From NCBI GenBank assembly GCA_023213395.1, contig CM041465.1, positions 218,123,741 through 218,187,740 of the forward strand: DNA of 64,000 bases, in the 5' to 3' direction. This DNA is from Cycas panzhihuaensis. Taxonomy: Eukaryota > Plantae > Cycadophyta. This document shows, one piece after another, positions 57,156-64,000 of this stretch (positions are counted from its first letter, which is position 1; every line of letters starts with the position of its first letter). The notes beneath the pieces are model-generated. The model was given only the letters and a program-made list of their open reading frames with translations. It did no database searches and was not told the DNA's origin. A program made the translations under genes and the position numbers.

Positions 57156-59610
57156 TGGGTAATAGAAGACTAATCTATTAGTTGCAAATAAAGCACTCGT
57201 AAATACAGATTATAGACTCTCAAACCAACAAACTAGCATGAACAAGGATACGACTTTACAAGGAAAGAAGAGTAAAATGTTAAAATCAAACTTAGAATGG
57301 AGTATAACCAAAATGAATCATATAAATGATTTGTGTACCCAAGTTTGTACTGATGATGACCTGCCTACTTTACTCCATACAAATACTATTGTAGATAATA
57401 TAGCTTCTTATTAATTAGAACTTGTATAAATTTAAATATAACAATAGGCATTGAGATGCTGTGACAAGATTAATGTAAATAATAGACTAAACTGATAGAA
57501 ACTGTTTATATACCAATGTTGAATGCAACAAACTCCTCATAAATTCCACCATAGACAGCTTCTCAAATATGGTTTTGATTACTTAAATAAAGCTTTGTAA
57601 GTATGGAATATATCTTTGAATGCTTGAATATAGCTCTTATACTAAATGATGGAATTAGGGGACAAAGAGAGTAAAATGAGAATGTAGAAGAAGCAAACCA
57701 TCGATCTCATAAGAGTGGTGGTGTTGATGAACACTAGGGTCTTTGAACCCCATTAATAAATAAGTGGGACTTGAGCGAGATATGGCACATCATTCAAATC
57801 CCACTGTTGACTAGTATTGATGAATGCTAAATATGATGTCACCAAGATCTAACAAAGTGTAGGTATAGTATGGCTAAGATTTGACATAGTGCTACCATAA
57901 TATCTCTACCATTCTTAGATTATCACCCCATTATAGGTAATCAACCCAAGGCATATACAAGCTACAATATGGCTATTATTCCACCAAATATAAAGTCCTA
58001 ATTGTAATCTAAAGAATAAAGATGTAAGCAATAGTAAATATAACCATATAAAAGGAGAAATATAATGACAAATAAATTTATTTATAATATAGTAAATTAG
58101 TATTCAATTATGTAATTTATATTTATTACAAAGAATTCCATAAGATAATAAATAAATTACTATTGTTGTTATCCCTCTTTAAGACAAAGAAGCCTTTAGA
58201 AATAATGCCACCCTAAGAAGGAGAGAAGGGAAGAAACACTAAATATAGTTTTTCTAAATAACCCACTCACTAATTATTTATGGATACTTACCCAATTTAA
58301 TAATTACTTTAGAGTAAAGTTAAACTAAAGATTATATAATTAATATTCTAAAATGAATTCACCATCTTGTAATTTATATTTATTATTACAATCTTAAAAC
58401 TAGCATAATTTTCTTATATATTATCTATTTCAAGGACAATGGCCACTCATTTTAAAGACAATGAGAAGATCTATTCCATTATCCCTAGTTCTAAAATTTA
58501 TCTAATATTATAAGTTTTAAATAATTAATTTCTTCTCAATCTCAACGGTGTATTTGTCTACTAAGAGGGATAGGCATATAACACCATCTTATTGAGCTTA
58601 TTAATAATGATAAATGAATACTCATTTTATCTCTAAGTGGTAGTAATCAATAAAATAAGTCCATGGATATTAATTCCTAAGGCCTTATGGGAATTAATAG
58701 AAGCATGTAAATCCTCAATTTTTATTCGAAGTTTTTGACATATTGTAAAGAGCATATTTGTTAATGACTTTATAGACTACTACTACTATTATGGTTTATT
58801 AATAGAAGTACCTATATATATTGGTGATAATCTTTTAAAATCTAAAGTATTTGACTACATCAAAATGATGTGCTTATCAAATCAATATCTTGATTATGAT
58901 GCACATAAGTTTTTAACTTATAAAGTAATCCATCATGGATATAATAATAACTTTTGTAACTTTTTGATAGTCATTAATGATTTCTTTAACATTCTGATAA
59001 TAGATCCAAAGTTTTAATCATTTGCATACAACTCTTTGAAGCTTAGAACCAAATAAATCAAATTAGATTTTCAAGCTTATATTGATTGATTATGGCCTTA
59101 ATAAGAAATCAATGATCTTATTATAAATACACTTGTCTTATATCAAGATTAAATTATTAAAGGTTAGTAATCCATTTCAAATGTTGATTGTTCTATAATT
59201 TCTATTAAGTATATAAGTGGTTAATGGCTTGTATATATAATCATTTCCTTTCCAACTAATTAATGTATCTAATATTTCACTACTTGAATTAAACCATGTA
59301 TTTCTTTATCTTATATTTTTCAACACCACTTATAAATGTTTCTATATGATATATTACTAGTTTTACCTATTATAATTAGAAAATTACTGGGGATAATACT
59401 AAAACATTTACTTGTAACTCAAATGGTAGTAGCACATTTGTTAATACTAAAACTAGTGCATTGTTTCTTTCTATTTCAATTCCTTGAATTTTTTTTATTA
59501 TTTGATTCCTAAACTATAGTTCATTTTTTTCTCAATAAAATATTAAGGGGTATTATAATGTTAAGATTTTTGAGGATGAATTTTGCCATGTAATTTTCCA
59601 GGCCGTGAGG

Positions 59611-61367
59611 TGTTTTGAGCCATCACCATATGAGATTAGGTTAGTAGGCTAGTAGAGGTTAAGGTTAGGACAATTAAATAATAAGAAAATAGGGGATAGA
59701 TTAGATTATAGGTAGGTAAATAAAATAATATGTGGAGTTAATGTTAAGAGAGTGAAACCTTTGTTGTAAATATTCCACCCTATGTATTGCATAAGTTATG
59801 TTATGATAATAAAATACTTATTCAAATGAAGATTATTACAATGTATTCATTTGGTTTTCTTTTAGTATACTCCATCTACCTCTATCTCTCCTAGGTTTTT
59901 TGCTCTTATTTGCATATTGAAGATGTAATAAGTACAATCCTATTATAGTTGGTATTAGAGTAAAGATAATTGGTAAAATCCTTTTTTCCCTTCTATTTTA
60001 AAAACATCATTTCAATGGAGGGTTTGCTCTCATTGTAAATGTGCATAGGTCAAAACTAGTTGCCATAATTTATGTATGAGGGTTTGCACACCCACCAATC
60101 TCCCTTCTATTATGTTGATGTTTGAGGGATTTCAAAACTTTCCTATTTTTGTAAAGAACTCTCTACTTTTAGGTGATTGCATGCATGCTTGGATATTTAC
60201 ACATTGAGTTGGGTTCATTCTTTCTAGTGACTAAAGATTTGTAGCACTTTATAAAAGCATTTTATAAGTTAAAATAATGGAAAAACTATCCCAGAGCTTA
60301 CGCTTAGGCCATTCTCAAGTTTGGAGCTAACATTTTATTTTTCTGCATGTTTACAAGTGTTTTCTCATATTCAAGTTTTTAGACATCTTTATCATTAATG
60401 GGAACACCTTCATAATGAATTTTATAATATTTGGTAGAGAAATGGTCAAGAAGCAGTCACCTAAATCCTCATAGATAATTGCCCATTTTTTAGCAAAGTA
60501 CATTTAACTAGACTATCATTTTTGCTATTGTTTTCTATGATTTGAAGTTGAAAAAGGGTTCTTATAGGCAAATTACAAGTGTGTTTCACTTTGTTTTATA
60601 GATCATGATTAGACAAGTGAGTTTGAGCTGGTTAAACCTCTATAGACCTATGTGGTTGATGTTTGCATAACGATGATAAGAAAAAAAGAAATATTTTGTG
60701 ATTATAATGTTTCTAAATGTTATATTATGAAATTTATATTATGGAGTTAAAGTTTTTTTAATACTTTATAAAGTTTAGGGGTGGTCACATGGGCTATTAG
60801 ATGTTAAATAGGGTTAAGTTGAAAGGGGTTCATTTCTTCTTCTTTTTTTGGCCCATTTTTCCTTTTATGAAGACCTATTGGTGGTATTTCCTTTATATCT
60901 TTACACTAGGGTATTAGATTAGAGTGTTGTTTATTGCATTGGATTTCTTACTTAAACATTGTTAAAATGAGTGGTTATATGGGTACTTTTGATGAAGATT
61001 TGACATATTTCCTATAGGTCAAATATAATGGAGGAAATTTTCAATAATTTTTAACATATGGCATCTTCAACTTTCGGGCATTAAAACTTAGTGATCCAAA
61101 GTTTGATTTCAACATTCCTTTTTAAAATCTATGTATTTTTTTATGATCTATACTTTTATGCTTGTAATATTTTGCGAAAATATAAAATATCATGTAAAAT
61201 GGCCCTTGTATTAGTTTACTTGTTCCATTGAAGCTCATTATGGTGTCTTCATTTGATTTTCTTTTGGTGCACTATATCTTTATTTTCCACTCCATCCACC
61301 TACATCTCTTTTGAGTCTTTTGCTCTTATTTGCATATTGAGGAGGTAATAGATACAATCCTATTACA
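59611..61367 (+). mobile_element. Internally deleted LTR element (5' LTR, PBS, leader, gag start, 3' LTR end only), probably copia
   Basis: 5' LTR 59611-59947, PBS TGGTATTAGAG at ~59950, the last ~150 bp of the LTR recurs ending TATTACA at 61367. Degenerate TSD TGAGG/TGAAA; the host RT reads KRF|HGLENY across it. Confidence 0.7.
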
Positions 61368-62900
61368 TGAAACCTCTTAGTTTTATAATATTTCTTATCA
61401 TTGGATATTTTATAATGACCTTTGTCTATTTAGGATCAATATAAATCCCTTCTACATCCACCACAAATCTTAGATAAATTAGTGACTTCATTATAAAATC
61501 ACATTTCTTTTAGATTATATTGAAGTTAGTTTTCTTGTAGAAACTTGAGTACAATTTTAGTGTATCATAAGTTCTCTAACCATGTTTTACTAAAGACTAA
61601 AATTTCATCTATATAAATAATTATCAAATAATCTATATATAGTCCCTCATAAATATGGTTGGTATAAACAATAATTTGAATGGTGGTACAATCCATTCAA
61701 TGGACCTTGCATTATCTTAAAGGATATCTTCTAGGTATCTTCCTCTCATATTTTAATCTAATGGTATTTAAATTTTAGATTGATCTTTCTAAAGTATTTG
61801 ATTCCTTGGAGATGGTTTAGTAAATTATTTATATAAGGTGATGGATACCAATTCATAATTGTGATTTTATTTCAAGCATAGTAGTCAATACTCATTCTCC
61901 AAGTGACATCTTTTCTAGGCAATATGACTATTGGTAATTTGTAAGAATATGAACTATACTTGGCATGACATCTAATCCTCAAATCTTCAATCTATGTCCT
62001 TATTTCTACATTTTCCAATACTAAAGTTTTATACAATGATGAGTTTAGAAGGGTAACTCCTTATTGCAACTTTATGTCCTATGAAATTAATCTTTCAAAT
62101 GATAACCCTATGGGTTTCTTAAATATAGTTTTATATCTTGTCAATACATTGTTTAATTACTCTTATTATTGATTCATCTTGATATAAGTAATGAAGGATG
62201 CTTTCATGTCCTTCTCATCATTATTTATGATATTCATTACTAATAATATTTGTGTTACTAATCAGTTAGTTTATGCTATAATTATGAGGGATATTGATGT
62301 GAGATTTTTTGAGCATTAACTATGTAGTCTTTTCTATTTATAATTAGTCTATACTAGTTTAATATTCTTTGGTAGATATTATCTTTATCCTAATGTTACC
62401 TATTTTTGAAGATAATTCTATAACCATCTAATTGGACTATGCCATATTATATCTCATTTGTATATAAGGCTAAAATGGGAAACTTGAGCTCACATTATCA
62501 TGTCATTTTTTCCTCTACTCCTATATTGAGCCACCCAAATATATATGTCTTGGGATGTGGTTCACTCATAAGATTAAAATTCTTAACAATAACTACATAA
62601 ATCAAATTGTTCTAAATCCATGGATTAAAGACTACATTAACCAAATCTTTATTAGCATGTATCTTTATTGTAATGATTTATTTTCCCTTTCTAATATGCC
62701 ATCTCTTTTCTTTAAGTTAACTAATAAAGTTTGATCATCATTACATAATTTTTTCCTTTAGTCCCTAAGCAACTCCTATTCTTCTACCTAAGCCTTCATG
62801 GTTTTCCTAAGTCTCTTTCCATAATATAAATTTTAGTAATTTTCTTTCTCATTGTTAATGAACTTAGTCAAGGTTGACTTCATATTAAGTTAATGACTCA

Positions 62901-63317
62901 TGTAGATTAATTAGGAGATATAAAGAGATATAAGGATTAAGGATTTGATGAAAAGTCATGAGATATGACAAAAGGTCATGAGACATAATGAAGAGTCATA
63001 ACCATTGGTTGGACATACCTCTTGGGGTATTATAAATATAAACCCCATATAGGTTATCAAATCAACTAAACAAGAATAATGTATGGTGTATCAAGTTCTA
63101 ATAGGCTTGACCACTAAGGTTGAATGATCCTAATATATCATGAGACCAAGCTATATATAATATAATCAAATCTTCTTGTGTTTGACCATGGGTTTTCTCC
63201 TATAAGGATTTTCCATATAAATACCTATGTACTATTCTTTGAATGTTTGTTATATATAATCAAGATCTTGTAATTAAGGAAACATGTATGAATGTTTCTT
63301 CACATGGAATTAGAGCC
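62901..63317 (+). mobile_element. LTR plus tRNA-Met PBS of another element (partner LTR not seen)
   Basis: TGTAG...TTCACA (63304) followed by TGGAATTAGAGCC. LTR start approximate. Confidence 0.6.
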
Positions 63318-63924
63318 AACAAAGGTGCATGACTAAGGTATAATAGGTTTTGAGTCAAATCAAATAAAAGGATATTAGATAACATGAATGAGATCCTTAA
63401 AGTGGTGATGTTGATTATTTATAACTATTAAGAGAATAAAATGGTGGTATATGATCATAAAAATGGAGAAAATAAGTTATTTAGGGTATGTTTTTTCTCC
63501 ATCCATGACCTCTACTAGTTGTTGACTATTATAAGAAGATGTTGAAGACTTTAAAAGAGCATAGCCTTGTCTTTACAATGTTGGATAGATGATAGGCATG
63601 CATGGCCAATTTGAGAAATGATTGCATTCATTTGGTGTAGTAAAAATAACTATTAGAAAATATTAGGCTTTATTTTTACATAATATATTAGAGTATAAGC
63701 ATGCTAGTATTAGCAATAATATTTATTATTTATGTTAGATGTATGCAAAGTTACCTTGGGACTCTATGGGGCCTGTTAGGATACCACTCCTTAATGATAA
63801 TTACACACCAATATAATAAGCAAATAACTCCAAAAGAGCATTTGTATTGTAATACCCTTTGAGGGGGAAACCTCCCAATTACATGCAAATAATAATGATA
63901 TTTAAGATGCCATACTCTAAGGAT

Positions 63925-63927
<3 letters not shown>

Positions 63928-63967
<40 letters not shown>
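63928..63967. repeat. (TA)n microsatellite
   Basis: Directly visible. Confidence 0.98.
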
Positions 63968-63970
<3 letters not shown>

Positions 63971-64000
63971 TCTATGCTTACTACTTAACCTCCTCCTTAT

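Larger units (their letters stand above)
51222..57986 (-). mobile_element. Copia-4: full-length decayed Ty1/copia inserted in the 5' LTR of element E
   Basis: LTRs 51222-51560 and 57647-57986, PBS GCTCTTATACTA (+) at 57633-57644, PPT TTTCTCCCTC (+) at 51561, TSD AATAA/AATAT. Confidence 0.92.

Overview
AT-rich, CpG-depleted plant heterochromatin, probably from a large gymnosperm-type genome (inference). No intact host gene, RNA gene or CRISPR array is present; the window is almost entirely nested, decayed retrotransposons. Left part: a minus-strand Ty3/gypsy (Tat/Ogre-like) gag-protease remnant split by a full-length Ty1/copia (3345-10530), then a decayed accessory ORF of a gypsy-type element (~16.4-19.8 kb). 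From ~22.0 kb to 62.9 kb a single minus-strand gypsy pol has been stretched over ~40 kb by insertions that nest five deep: host gypsy > non-autonomous gag-PR LTR element E (35406-58583) > full-length L1 LINE with a 14-bp TSD (38218-49497) > small LTR element (42784-47496) > gag-only mini LTR element (45284-47103). Three more copia elements and two LTR fragments are also inserted. The most striking feature is the 42784-47496 element: it has no recognisable intact pol and instead carries an intronless copy of the N-terminal tandem-BRCT module of an At4g02110-type plant protein, fused in frame to gag-like sequence. A second host capture, a ubiquitin N-terminal fragment, lies antisense in the leader of a copia (57085-57155). 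All translations, alignments and identities were done by eye.
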